Source: Oscillospiraceae bacterium
GTDB lineage: Bacteria > Bacillota > Clostridia > Oscillospirales > CAG-272
DNA: 32,000 nt
Assembly (NCBI GenBank): GCA_015064445.1
Contig: SVSE01000004.1
Span: forward strand, 131,393-163,392
Direction of reading: 5' to 3'
Part shown: in pieces, positions 1 to 8,768 of the stretch
Position numbering within the stretch: position 1 is the stretch's first letter
Layout: every line of letters begins with the position of its first letter
Notes under the pieces: model-generated
Database searches by the model: none
Seen by the model: the letters and a program-made list of their open reading frames with translations, nothing else
What the model was told of the DNA's origin: nothing
Translations under genes and position numbers: made by a program

Positions 1-3000
1 GACGCAGCAGGCGAGCTTCGCTCCCGTATTAGCTCATCATTTACCGATATTTTGAAAAATGATGCGTCAAACAAGCACATTTGCGAACAGCTTGTGCGCC
101 TGTCAAGCGCTGATATTTGCACAATCGACTCGTTTTGCTTAAAGCTTGTAAGGGCGAATTTTGAGCTTTTGGGGCTCGATGGCTCGTTCAAGATTGCCGA
201 CGAGGGCGAGAGCGAGGTGCTTTGTCGTGAGGCTATAAGCGCAGTTCTTGACCGATTCTACGAGGAAAAGGGCGACGATGTTGATTTTCTGCGTGTTTGC
301 GACTGCTTCTCCTCATTTTCTGGCGAGGAAAAGCTAAAGGATGAGCTACTTTCGCTTTATAAAAGGCTTATAACAACCAAAAATGGCATAGAAACTCTCA
401 CACTCTCCCCAGATTACGACGGAGATTTTATGAAAACCCCGTATGGCAGAGTTGTGCGCGAGGAGCTTTCGCTATTTTTGAGCCACTATATCGCATTTTT
501 CGAGAGCGCACTCGATGATATAAGGGGCTTTGAGGACGCAGAAAAAGCGTTTCTCGTTCCTTTTAGTGCCGACCTCGATTTTGCAAAAAGGCTTAGAGGT
601 GTGTGCGAAAATGGCACATATAGCGACATTTGTGCGCTGATTTCTACCTACTCTCCCGAGAGGCTCGGACCTACCACAAGGGTTGCAAGCGTTGATGGCG
701 AGCTATTTAAGAGCATTCGTGGCGATTTTAAGGACAAGCTTCGTGCCGACTTCGCAAAAACACTATTTGCCTCAACTCCCGAGGCGCTTTCCTCCTCGTT
801 TGAAAAGAACAAGAGCGTGCTTTTGGCGCTCTATGATATATTAAGCGAGCTTGATAAGGAATATGCGTCACTAAAAAGAGGCGCAGGTCTTTGCGATTTT
901 AACGATATTACAAGATACGCGCTTGCGCTTTTGTGTCCTAATGGAGAGCCAACCTCTCTTGCGCGCGAGATTGCCGAATCGTACGACGAAATCTATGTCG
1001 ACGAGTATCAGGACACCAACTATTTACAGGACAGAATATTCTATTCTATTTCCAAAAACAACCGATTCCTTGTCGGAGATATAAAGCAAAGCATTTATCG
1101 CTTCCGTTCGGCTGAGCCTGAGATTTTCAGCTCCTATCTGCGCTCCTTTGAGTCAATTGATACAGCGCAAAAGGGCACTCCATGCAAGCTTCATATGAGC
1201 GATAACTTCCGTTGTGACAAGGGCGTAATTGAGTTTTCAAACGCGCTCTCTACACTTATGTTTGGAAAAACACGCGCAATCCCTTATTCGAGCGAGGATG
1301 AGCTCATTTTCGCAAAGAGGGGCGTAGATTATGAGAGCGACAAGGCTGAAATTTACATAATCGACAAGAGTCGTGGCGATGAGGACGATGACGAAAATCT
1401 CCTTCTTCGTGAGGCTCAGTTTGTCGCACAAAAAATTAAGGAATATCTTGACTCTGGCTACCTCGCAAACGGTCGCAAAATCGAGCCAAGAGATATCGCG
1501 ATTCTACTTCGTGGCTTCAAAAAGCCTGTTAAAATGTATGTTGACGCACTCGAGGCTCGTGGAATTCCAACCGAATACCGTGGAGATGAGCATTTCTTTG
1601 AGAAAAGCGAGATTTTGCTCACCCTGTGTGTGTTAAATGCAATAGACAATCCACTTCGTGACTCATATCTTGCAGGAGCAATGCGCTCGAGCGTGTTTGG
1701 ATTCTCTCTTGAGGAGCTTATAAAAATCCGTAAGCACTCCCCCGATGCGCCAAGCCTGCTCGATGCAGTAAAGCGCTACGAGGGCGAGGCTGAGCTAAGC
1801 ATTAAGGTAAGCGATTTTCTTGCCCGTCTTAGCGATTTCAGACGCGAGGCGAAGAAGAAAAATGCGTGCGAGATGATTGCGCTCGTCTTCTCTCTTACTC
1901 CTATTATGAGTATGGCAGACGGCGAGGAGCGAGAGAGCCTCTTGCGCCTTTACGAGATGGCACGCACCTACGAGAGTGGCGCATACAGAGGTCTTTATGC
2001 GTTCCTTCGCTATGTTGAGTCAATCAAGGAGGGCTCTGGCAAGGAGGAGCTTGGCTCGGGCGAGGAAAACAGCGTTAAGCTTATGTCAATTCACGCATCA
2101 AAGGGGCTCGAATTCGAGGTTTGCTTTGTTTGTGCGTGTGGCTCACAGCTCAATAGCGCCGACACTCGTGACCCTATTCTATATCATCGTGACCTCGGTG
2201 TTAGTGCCTATGTTTCAAGAGATAGAGGAATTGCGAAGTTCAACACGCTTTTGCGTCGTGCAAGCGGACTTGCAATAAGGCGCTCGAGCGTTGAGGAGGA
2301 GATGCGTATGCTTTATGTCGCTATGACAAGAGCGCGCTCTCGACTTATATTCACAGCAGGCGTCCCAGAGCCTGATAGATTTATCGCAAGATGCGACAAA
2401 ATGCGCCGATATGTGTCTGAATATTCGCTTTATCATCCGAAAAATTATATCGAATGGGCGCTTATCGCAGGACTTGAAAATCCCGATAAGGTTATAATTA
2501 AAACCGTCAGCGCCGAGGAAATCGAGGCAATCTCTGCTGATTCCTCACAAATTGAGCGCACACTCGACAGAGATAAAATCGAGCAAATCAAGGACAAAAT
2601 AAAGGACAGATTGAGCTTTGAGTATCCATACTCGCACTTAAACAAGCTTCCGTCTAAAATGAGCGTTTCAAGCCTTTATCCAAAGGTGCTTGACGAGGAG
2701 GAAAACGCAGAGGCGACTCCAAAATACTCCCTTGATGATGAGCCAGAGTTTATAAGGGGCTCGGAGCTTGCGCCAACAGGTGCAGATAAGGGCACGGCAA
2801 CGCATATCTTTATGCAGTTCTGCTCGTTTGAAAATCTGCTCGAAAACGGTGCTAAGGCAGAGCTTGACAGGCTTATCGCGCAGGGCTTTATCTCCCCTCT
2901 TACGGGCGAGCTTGTCAATATAAATCATCTTGAAAAATTCAGAAAAAGCGCACTTCTTGGCGAGCTTTTGAGCGCAAAGGATATAAAGCGCGAGTTTAGA

Positions 3001-3291
3001 TTTAATATTCTCCTTGACGCATCTGAATTTACTGATGACATAGCGCTTGCAGACGAGAAAATTCTCGTGCAGGGCGTAATCGACTGTATATATGAAAATG
3101 ATAAGGGCGAGATTGTCCTTGTCGACTATAAAACCGATTTTGTAACCGAGGAAAATTACGAAATGGTCTTGGCACAGCGCCACTCACTTCAGCTTTCTTA
3201 TTATAAGAGGGCCGTGGAGCTTATGCTCGAGCGCCCACTTTCCAAAACCTTAATTTATAGCGTTCCTCTTGCAAAAACAGTTGAGATATAA
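1..3291 (+). CDS. addA: ATP-dependent helicase/nuclease subunit A (AddA), 5'-truncated by the window edge
   Basis: Frame 1 is open from nt 1, upstream of the listed M at 52. UvrD-type motifs are present (VDEYQDTN, GDIKQSIYRFR, SIHASKGLEF, YVAMTRAR), as is a C-terminal RecB-type nuclease motif (GVIDCIY..LVDYKTD). The N-terminal Walker A part is absent, so the gene starts upstream of the window. Confidence 0.9.
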   Translation, partial: DAAGELRSRISSSFTDILKNDASNKHICEQLVRLSSADICTIDSFCLKLVRANFELLGLDGSFKIADEGESEVLCREAISAVLDRFYEEKGDDVDFLRVCDCFSSFSGEEKLKDELLSLYKRLITTKNGIETLTLSPDYDGDFMKTPYGRVVREELSLFLSHYIAFFESALDDIRGFEDAEKAFLVPFSADLDFAKRLRGVCENGTYSDICALISTYSPERLGPTTRVASVDGELFKSIRGDFKDKLRADFAKTLFASTPEALSSSFEKNKSVLLALYDILSELDKEYASLKRGAGLCDFNDITRYALALLCPNGEPTSLAREIAESYDEIYVDEYQDTNYLQDRIFYSISKNNRFLVGDIKQSIYRFRSAEPEIFSSYLRSFESIDTAQKGTPCKLHMSDNFRCDKGVIEFSNALSTLMFGKTRAIPYSSEDELIFAKRGVDYESDKAEIYIIDKSRGDEDDDENLLLREAQFVAQKIKEYLDSGYLANGRKIEPRDIAILLRGFKKPVKMYVDALEARGIPTEYRGDEHFFEKSEILLTLCVLNAIDNPLRDSYLAGAMRSSVFGFSLEELIKIRKHSPDAPSLLDAVKRYEGEAELSIKVSDFLARLSDFRREAKKKNACEMIALVFSLTPIMSMADGEERESLLRLYEMARTYESGAYRGLYAFLRYVESIKEGSGKEELGSGEENSVKLMSIHASKGLEFEVCFVCACGSQLNSADTRDPILYHRDLGVSAYVSRDRGIAKFNTLLRRASGLAIRRSSVEEEMRMLYVAMTRARSRLIFTAGVPEPDRFIARCDKMRRYVSEYSLYHPKNYIEWALIAGLENPDKVIIKTVSAEEIEAISADSSQIERTLDRDKIEQIKDKIKDRLSFEYPYSHLNKLPSKMSVSSLYPKVLDEEENAEATPKYSLDDEPEFIRGSELAPTGADKGTATHIFMQFCSFENLLENGAKAELDRLIAQGFISPLTGELVNINHLEKFRKSALLGELLSAKDIKREFRFNILLDASEFTDDIALADEKILVQGVIDCIYENDKGEIVLVDYKTDFVTEENYEMVLAQRHSLQLSYYKRAVELMLERPLSKTLIYSVPLAKTVEI

Positions 3292-3292
3292 T

Positions 3293-3322
3293 AAAAACAG
3301 CCACTCCTGTGGCTGTTTTTTG
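3293..3322 (+). terminator. Intrinsic terminator after addA (AAAAACAGCCAC-tcct-GTGGCTGTTTTTT)
   Basis: A 7-8 bp GC-rich stem followed by a T-tract, starting 2 nt after the addA stop. The same stem sequence recurs at 26876 and 31975. Confidence 0.8.
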
Positions 3323-3339
3323 TTTGTATTGTAATGAAG

Positions 3340-3660
3340 CATTCCTCACGGACAAGCGTCCGAGGCAAATCCCGCGTTTGCTTAGTAAGTATTGAACAAC
3401 TCCCACGAAGCAATCTCATTCCGAATTCCGAATTGAAGAACCCAAGCTCGCTGTTCTTTCGAACAGGCTACTACGTAGCTTGTGAAAATCAAATAGCATT
3501 TTCACGCTTGGAACCTTGATACTCGCTTTCGCTCGTATACGCATTCTCATTCCGAGTTCGTCGCGAAGCGATTTCATCCAAGTTCTACTTGGATTTCATC
3601 CCAACGGGATTTCATCCACCTTGGTGGATTTCATCCCCTTCGCATTCCGAATTTCTGCCC
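3340..3660. repeat. Composite repeat region: module M, two direct ATTCCGA heptamer tracts and a 4-unit GATTTCATCC hairpin array
   Basis: Nt 3365-3434 closely match 11800-11870 (ggcaaatYccgc..cttagtaagtattgaacaac..cgaagcaatctcattccgaattccgaatt). GATTTCATCC cores lie at 3570, 3592, 3608 and 3627, separated by small palindromes. A second cattccgaattt tract lies at 3642-3654. Confidence 0.7.
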
Positions 3661-3676
3661 GTATTTAAGCGCTTAA

Positions 3677-4252
3677 TCATTTTTTATCGGACAGATATGG
3701 CCAATAGGTCTTCAAATAATCAATTCCACTACCAACTGTCATAATTACCATAAATGCTACGAGCACATATGATGCGATGAAGTGTGTGTTGAAGAGCTTT
3801 GCTATTACAAGTGGCTCTAAGATAAGAACCAAGATTGCTGCAATTTGTGCAACGGTCTTGCACTTTCCAAACCAGCTTGCTGCCACTACTCCAACCTCGC
3901 TGTTAGCGCACACAAGTCGAAGCGAGGTAACTCCAAGCTCACGAAGGAATACAATAACGCTCGCCCAAATCATAACCTGCTGTAAAGGACCAGAGCTCTT
4001 TACTGTGATTACAAGAAGTGCTGCGAAAACCATAAATTTGTCAGCGAGTGGATCCATAAACTTGCCAAAATTAGTCACAAGATTGTACTTTCTTGCAATT
4101 TTTCCGTCAAGCATATCTGTAAGAGCTGTTATCGCAAACACGCCTGCGCTTACAAGCGCACAAACAATCGCATTCTTGATATAAAGCATACACGCCATAA
4201 ATACTGGCACAAGTATCGCTCTTAGCATTGTCAATTTGTTTGGTAAATTCAT
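3677..4252 (-). CDS. pgsA: CDP-diacylglycerol--glycerol-3-phosphate 3-phosphatidyltransferase
   Basis: CDP-alcohol phosphatidyltransferase motif (DMLDGKIARKYNLVTNFGKFMDPLADK) in a multi-TM protein. I prefer ATG 4252 (MNLPNKLT) because GGAGG lies 7 nt upstream; the track start at 4264 is a TTG that contains that RBS. Confidence 0.85.
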   Translation of the reverse strand: MNLPNKLTMLRAILVPVFMACMLYIKNAIVCALVSAGVFAITALTDMLDGKIARKYNLVTNFGKFMDPLADKFMVFAALLVITVKSSGPLQQVMIWASVIVFLRELGVTSLRLVCANSEVGVVAASWFGKCKTVAQIAAILVLILEPLVIAKLFNTHFIASYVLVAFMVIMTVGSGIDYLKTYWPYLSDKK

Positions 4253-4270
4253 AATAACCTCCAATACAAG

Positions 4271-4608
4271 GTGCGGAGTGCGGAATGCGGAGTGCGGAAT
4301 GTGTTTGCACTCTTTTGTTTTCCATTCTCCTTGTCATTTGTGTTTTTATTAGCCTTCTCCAGTGGGAGAAGGTGGCAGTCATAGACTGACGGATGAGGTG
4401 TTCATTCTAAGTGAACCGGCTACGCAATGATTTCTCGCTTCGCGACGGATTGGCTCCTTTCGAGGAAGGTAGCGAAGCGGCATTTTGGTAGTGAATAACT
4501 CTCGGGGAGAGTTAGAGCCAAAATGGGACCGAGCCGCAGCGAGATACTGGCGCGTAGCGACTGAGGGATTGCTTCATTCCGCATTCCGAATCCCGCATTC
4601 CGAATTCG
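4271..4608. repeat. Cargo-less element bounded by inverted heptamer arrays (GTGCGGA(A) units at 4271-4303; CATTCCG units at 4575-4608)
   Basis: The arms are imperfect reverse complements. The interior is a chain of nested hairpins with no credible ORF. The right arm ends 1 nt before the rimO stop codon, and the left arm lies just upstream of the pgsA RBS. Confidence 0.7.
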
Positions 4609-5934
4609 TTATGCAAGCTTTGCAATCAAATCATAGTCTAGCGCATCAATAACCTCAACCTCTATTATATCGCCCTCAGAGAGCGTGCCCTTTCTTGCGG
4701 GAATGAACACCTTTCCATCGATGTCGGGGGCGTCCTGCTTGCTTCTGGCACAATATGCCTCGCTTACTGGGTCGTATGCCTCTACAAGCACCTCAATTTT
4801 AGTGCCTATTTTCGATTTCTGCATTTCCTCGCTTATTCCGAGCTGATGCTCCATCAAAATATCGTATCTATCCTGCTTTACTTGCTCGTCAATTTGGTCC
4901 TCAAAATCGTGGGCGGGTGTGCCCTCCTCTCTTGAGTAGGTAAACGCACCAAAATGCTCAAAGCGTGCTTCCTTTATAAACGAGCAAAGCTCGCTAAAAT
5001 CCTCATCGGTTTCGCCTGGGAAGCCCACAATCGCAGTTGAACGAATGGAAATTCCCTCGATATGTGTGCGTAATTTGCGAATTACCTCTCTTACGAGCGC
5101 ACCATCTCCACGCCTATTCATACGCTTTAGAACGCGTGATGAGATGTGCTGAATCGGCAGGTCTATGTATTTTACGAGCTTTGGATTTTCATTAAACTCC
5201 CTTATAAGCTCGTCCGTTATCTTGTCGGGATAGCAATAAAGAATTCTAAGCCACTTAACATCTGTTTCAGTGGCAAGTCGGCGCAATAGCGTGTGAAGCT
5301 GATAGCTACCGTAAAGGTCGATTCCGTACGCAGTTGTGTCCTGTCCCACTACAACAAGCTCCTTTATACCAAGCCCGTCGACAAGCTCCTTAGCCTCGCG
5401 CACAATGTCGTCCATTTCGCGAGAACGGAATTTTCCTCTTATATCGGGAATTGCGCAATAGGTGCAACGATTATTACAGCCCTCAGAGATTTTGAGGTAT
5501 ACCATAGCGTCGCCCGTGGTAACTATTCTGTCGCCACCGAGCTCTACCTCGTTTTTGTCCTTGAACGAGGTGTATTTTTCGCCATTTGAGATAGCCTCGA
5601 TTGCCTCGACAATGTCGTGGACGCTTCCTGTTCCCAAAAGCGCATCAACCTCTGGCATCTCCTGCATTACCTCCTCGCGATAACGCTCTGCGAGGCACCC
5701 TGTGACGATAATTCCCTTTAAATTGTTATTTTCCTTAAGCCAAGCGATGTCCAAAATGTTGTCAATTGACTCCTTTTTGGCATCTCCTATAAAGGCGCAG
5801 GTGTTGATTACAACTATATCTGCCTCGGTTTCGTCAGGCGTGATTTCATAGCCTGCACTCGCTATGTGTCCGAGCATAACCTCGGTATCAAGCTGATTTT
5901 TTGGGCAACCGAGCGAAACAAAGCCTATTCTCAT
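4609..5934 (-). CDS. rimO: Ribosomal protein S12 methylthiotransferase (radical SAM, MTTase family)
   Basis: RimO-type N-terminus (IGFVSLGCPKNQLDTE), a radical-SAM CxxxCxxC motif (CNNRCTYC) and a C-terminal TRAM-like domain. The ATG overlaps the recX stop (ATGA). Confidence 0.8.
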   Translation of the reverse strand: MRIGFVSLGCPKNQLDTEVMLGHIASAGYEITPDETEADIVVINTCAFIGDAKKESIDNILDIAWLKENNNLKGIIVTGCLAERYREEVMQEMPEVDALLGTGSVHDIVEAIEAISNGEKYTSFKDKNEVELGGDRIVTTGDAMVYLKISEGCNNRCTYCAIPDIRGKFRSREMDDIVREAKELVDGLGIKELVVVGQDTTAYGIDLYGSYQLHTLLRRLATETDVKWLRILYCYPDKITDELIREFNENPKLVKYIDLPIQHISSRVLKRMNRRGDGALVREVIRKLRTHIEGISIRSTAIVGFPGETDEDFSELCSFIKEARFEHFGAFTYSREEGTPAHDFEDQIDEQVKQDRYDILMEHQLGISEEMQKSKIGTKIEVLVEAYDPVSEAYCARSKQDAPDIDGKVFIPARKGTLSEGDIIEVEVIDALDYDLIAKLA

Positions 5935-6581
5935 ATCTGCTCCTGTGCCTCTTGGAAAAGATGAATTGCGCTCTTTATGTCGTTAATGTTGTAGCCATAA
6001 CGCATAAGTGCTGTCATCATCTTTTTAAGCCCGTCGGCATCCTTTGGCAATGGATTATACTTGTGCTCAATAATCCAAGCGCAGTTTTCAGCAAAATTAA
6101 CCTCGGCAAGGGCGTCCTTAACATACTCGGAAACCTCGTCACGACGGTAGCCCTTTAAAATAAGCTCCTCGGTAATCTTGATTCTACCAAATTTCTTTTT
6201 AAGATAAGTGTCAATAAGCAAGCCCATCTGCTTTTTCTCATCAATGTAGCCACGATGCTCCATGTATATTGCAACATTTTCGCAAAGCTCACGAGAAAAG
6301 CCCTGTGCCATAAGCTTGTTAACAAGCATCTTTTTATTGTTTTCGCCATAGGAAAGGATTGAAAATGCGTGTCTGCGAGCATTGTCAAACAAATGCTCCT
6401 CTCTTATCTTGAGAAAATGCGCATCGTCAATAATCTCTCCCTCGTCAAGATCAAAGCGATCGTACTGATCAGGTGAAACAGGCATCTCAAAATTCGTTCC
6501 CATAGAGGAAGCGATGAAAAAGATATATCCCTGCGCGGTCTTTTTAATCTTTTCGATTTTGTAGTAAATTTTATTATCCAT
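5931..6581 (-). CDS. recX: RecX-like regulatory protein
   Basis: Helical-repeat protein of about 216 aa lying downstream of recA. I prefer ATG 6581 (MDNKIYY), which has an AAAGGAAA RBS. The assignment rests on size, position and general RecX-like repeat character. Confidence 0.6.
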   Translation of the reverse strand: MDNKIYYKIEKIKKTAQGYIFFIASSMGTNFEMPVSPDQYDRFDLDEGEIIDDAHFLKIREEHLFDNARRHAFSILSYGENNKKMLVNKLMAQGFSRELCENVAIYMEHRGYIDEKKQMGLLIDTYLKKKFGRIKITEELILKGYRRDEVSEYVKDALAEVNFAENCAWIIEHKYNPLPKDADGLKKMMTALMRYGYNINDIKSAIHLFQEAQEQI

Positions 6582-6615
6582 ATTTTTCCTTTCAGGCATA
6601 GCCTGACGCGTTAAA

Positions 6616-6673
6616 GTGTGAAATGCGAGGTGCAAAGTGCGAAGTTCGACTCCGCAACCTCATTAATTCACAC
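6616..6673. repeat. Long hairpin built from GTGCGAA-type heptamers (recA-recX spacer)
   Basis: GTGTGAA (6616-6622) pairs with TTCACAC (6667-6673), and GAGGT (6627-6631) pairs with ACCTC (6657-6661). The interior contains gtgcaaagtgcgaagtt heptamer units. Confidence 0.55.
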
Positions 6674-6710
6674 ACTGTTTAAGATTTTAAGATTTTCTAT
6701 CTTTCGAAAT

Positions 6711-6837
6711 TTCGATTGATTAGAACAAGTTAGGTTAGGCGCACCGGAAACTGCGGACGACGGCGTACTTGGTGTACGGTTAGGTCGCAGTTGAGGAGCA
6801 ACAACACATAACGCAGTTATAATCGGTCGAAATTAGT
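6711..6837 (-). repeat. Stop-codon-anchored imperfect-palindrome element, copy A1 (after recA)
   Basis: 127 nt. The flanks are identical to copy A2 (36 nt and 45 nt). The 16-nt terminal inverted repeats are ttcgattgattagaac (6711-6726) and gttataatcggtcgaa (6816-6831). The repeat runs through the recA TAA. Confidence 0.85.
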
Positions 6838-7942
6838 CTTCGAGTCCGAGCGCGCTAAGATCAAAATCCCCATTATCCAAAATGTCGTCCTCCATCTCTG
6901 GAGCTTCGCCATTAGCAAGCTTTGCTTTGATTTTTTCCTCAAGCTCTGCCATTATGTCAGGGCTTGCCTCAAGATGCGCCCTCATCTTGTCCTTACCTTG
7001 AATTTTTGTTTCGCCATAGGTAAAGAATGAGCCACTCTTTTCAACAATTCCGAGCTCGATTGCCATATCAACGATTTCAGTTGACTTGGAAATGCCCGAG
7101 CCATAGAGAATCTCGAACTCTGCTACCTTAAATGGTGGAGCAACCTTGTTTTTAACAACCTTTGCCTTAACTCTGTTACCGTAAGCCTCGCTTCCGTTTT
7201 TGAGAGTTTCGCTCTTTCTTATATCAATTCTAACCGATGCATAGAATTTAAGCGCGTTACCACCTGTTGTTGTTTCAGGATTTCCGTACATAACGCCTAT
7301 CTTGCTTCTGAGCTGGTTGATAAAGATAAGAATACAGTTTGTCTTGTTGATTGCACCTGCGAGCTTACGGAGCGCCTGTGACATAAGTCTTGCCTGTACG
7401 CCCATATGACTGTCGCCCATTCCACCCTCGATTTCCTGCTGAGGAACGAGTGCAGCAACGGAGTCAATTACAATTATATCCACAGCGCCAGAGTTTATAA
7501 GCGCCTCGGCAATTTCGAGTGCCTGCTCTCCATTATCTGGCTGTGAAACCAAAAGCTCGTCAATGTCAACACCGATAGCCTTTGCATATACAGGATCGAG
7601 TGCGTGCTCTGCATCGATAAATGCAGCAGTTCCTCCCTGCTTTTGGCTTTCTGCCACTGCGTGAAGTGCTATTGTTGTCTTACCTGATGATTCAGGACCA
7701 TAAATTTCAATAATTCTTCCCTTTGGAAGTCCACCTACGCCAAGCGCAAGGTCAAGGGAAAGAGAGCCTGTTGATACTGCACTGATTTTGATATCAGGAG
7801 CATCGCCCAAACGGATAATTGAGCCCTCGCCATTATCCTTTCTTATCTGAGCAAGTGCTGTTTCAAGGGCCTTTTTTCTCTGATCAGCTGTGCTTTCAGC
7901 TACGCCCTTTTTTTCAGTCTTTGCCGACTTCTTTGTTGCCAT
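6833..7942 (-). CDS. recA: Recombinase RecA
   Basis: 369 aa with Walker [10 protein letters not shown] and full-length RecA-like sequence ([20 protein letters not shown]..). Confidence 0.97.
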   Translation of the reverse strand: MATKKSAKTEKKGVAESTADQRKKALETALAQIRKDNGEGSIIRLGDAPDIKISAVSTGSLSLDLALGVGGLPKGRIIEIYGPESSGKTTIALHAVAESQKQGGTAAFIDAEHALDPVYAKAIGVDIDELLVSQPDNGEQALEIAEALINSGAVDIIVIDSVAALVPQQEIEGGMGDSHMGVQARLMSQALRKLAGAINKTNCILIFINQLRSKIGVMYGNPETTTGGNALKFYASVRIDIRKSETLKNGSEAYGNRVKAKVVKNKVAPPFKVAEFEILYGSGISKSTEIVDMAIELGIVEKSGSFFTYGETKIQGKDKMRAHLEASPDIMAELEEKIKAKLANGEAPEMEDDILDNGDFDLSALGLED

Positions 7943-8093
7943 ATTTATTCCTTTCCGCGCGGTCGAGAGCCTCGACGGGCATCATCCGCGTTCGATTCTT
8001 TAATTTGCTTAGTCCTCACGAAGCAATTTTCACTTCGCATTCCGAATTTCATTACTTATTAAATTCGAGCAAAACTCGTATTTAAGTGTCTTT

Positions 8094-8207
8094 GTGCTAA
8101 ACAAGACAAGGCGCACCGGAAGAACAACGGACGACGGTGTATACTCATACTCCGAGGTCGGTGTTCGGGAGCAACGCAGTATTGTAACGCACAAAGCGCT
8201 TAAATTA
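8094..8207 (-). repeat. Stop-codon-anchored imperfect-palindrome element, copy B1 (after the lipoprotein gene)
   Basis: Shares caagacaaggcgcaccg..gacgacggtgtat..tactccgaggtcgg..cgggagcaacg with the reverse complements of 26362-26466 and 26722-26834. It begins TAATTTAAG at the gene's stop codon. Confidence 0.8.
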
Positions 8208-8765
8208 ATAAGTAGGACCGTCTATTCTCCAACCGTCAGCCTCGTAAACCAAAACAACCTCAAGTGTGCTATCTCCGTCTACGCTTTTAACGGTGGCTTT
8301 TATTTCTCTTCTTCTGTTTTTTGTAATTTCAAGCGTTGATGTGTCGTATTTTTCAACCTCGTCCAAGATATTATCATAATCCTTACGCACGGTTAGGTAT
8401 CCGTCGTAGCCTGTTATATATCTTGCGTAAAGGACAACTCCGTAGCTCGATGTGCCATCGATATAAACGCTTATCAAATCGTCTGCTATTCTATCGGAGA
8501 AAACAGCCTTTGTTTCAACGATTAGGTCGTTTCGGAGCTTAAAGGGCGAATCCTCTGCTATATGATAATAGCTTCCCTCAACCTGCTCCTCCTCATCGTA
8601 GGGCAAGCCCTCTCCGTAATATGCCACATTGAGATTATACGAGCGCTCGAGGAGGTCGCACGCGATATCGTACGCCTCTTCATCGCTTTGTCTTTTACAG
8701 GATGGGAGCAAAATAACGCTCGCCAGCAATAAAACCATCAACAGAACAGCTATAAATCTTCTCAT
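8205..8765 (-). CDS. Hypothetical lipoprotein
   Basis: Signal peptide with a lipobox (LLPSC). The ATG lies 3 nt after the gyrA stop. I recognise no family. Confidence 0.6.
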   Translation of the reverse strand: MRRFIAVLLMVLLLASVILLPSCKRQSDEEAYDIACDLLERSYNLNVAYYGEGLPYDEEEQVEGSYYHIAEDSPFKLRNDLIVETKAVFSDRIADDLISVYIDGTSSYGVVLYARYITGYDGYLTVRKDYDNILDEVEKYDTSTLEITKNRRREIKATVKSVDGDSTLEVVLVYEADGWRIDGPTY

Positions 8766-8768
8766 AGC

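Noticed and set aside
7943-8093. LexA/DinR (Cheo) box upstream of recA
   Set aside because: I found no GAAC-N4-GTTC or CGAAC..GTTCG palindrome on either strand. There are only a cgag-caaaa-ctcg palindrome and repeat fragments. I cannot support an SOS box by eye.
8094-8339. ORFs that share peptide strings across repeat copies: KTRRTGRTTDDGVYSYSEVGVREQR here, and related strings in 26527-26841, 26538-26792 and 25765-26427
   Set aside because: The peptide similarity is a by-product of the nucleotide repeat. The substitutions between copies preserve base-pairing rather than codons. The ORFs have no RBS, and they run antisense into real genes.
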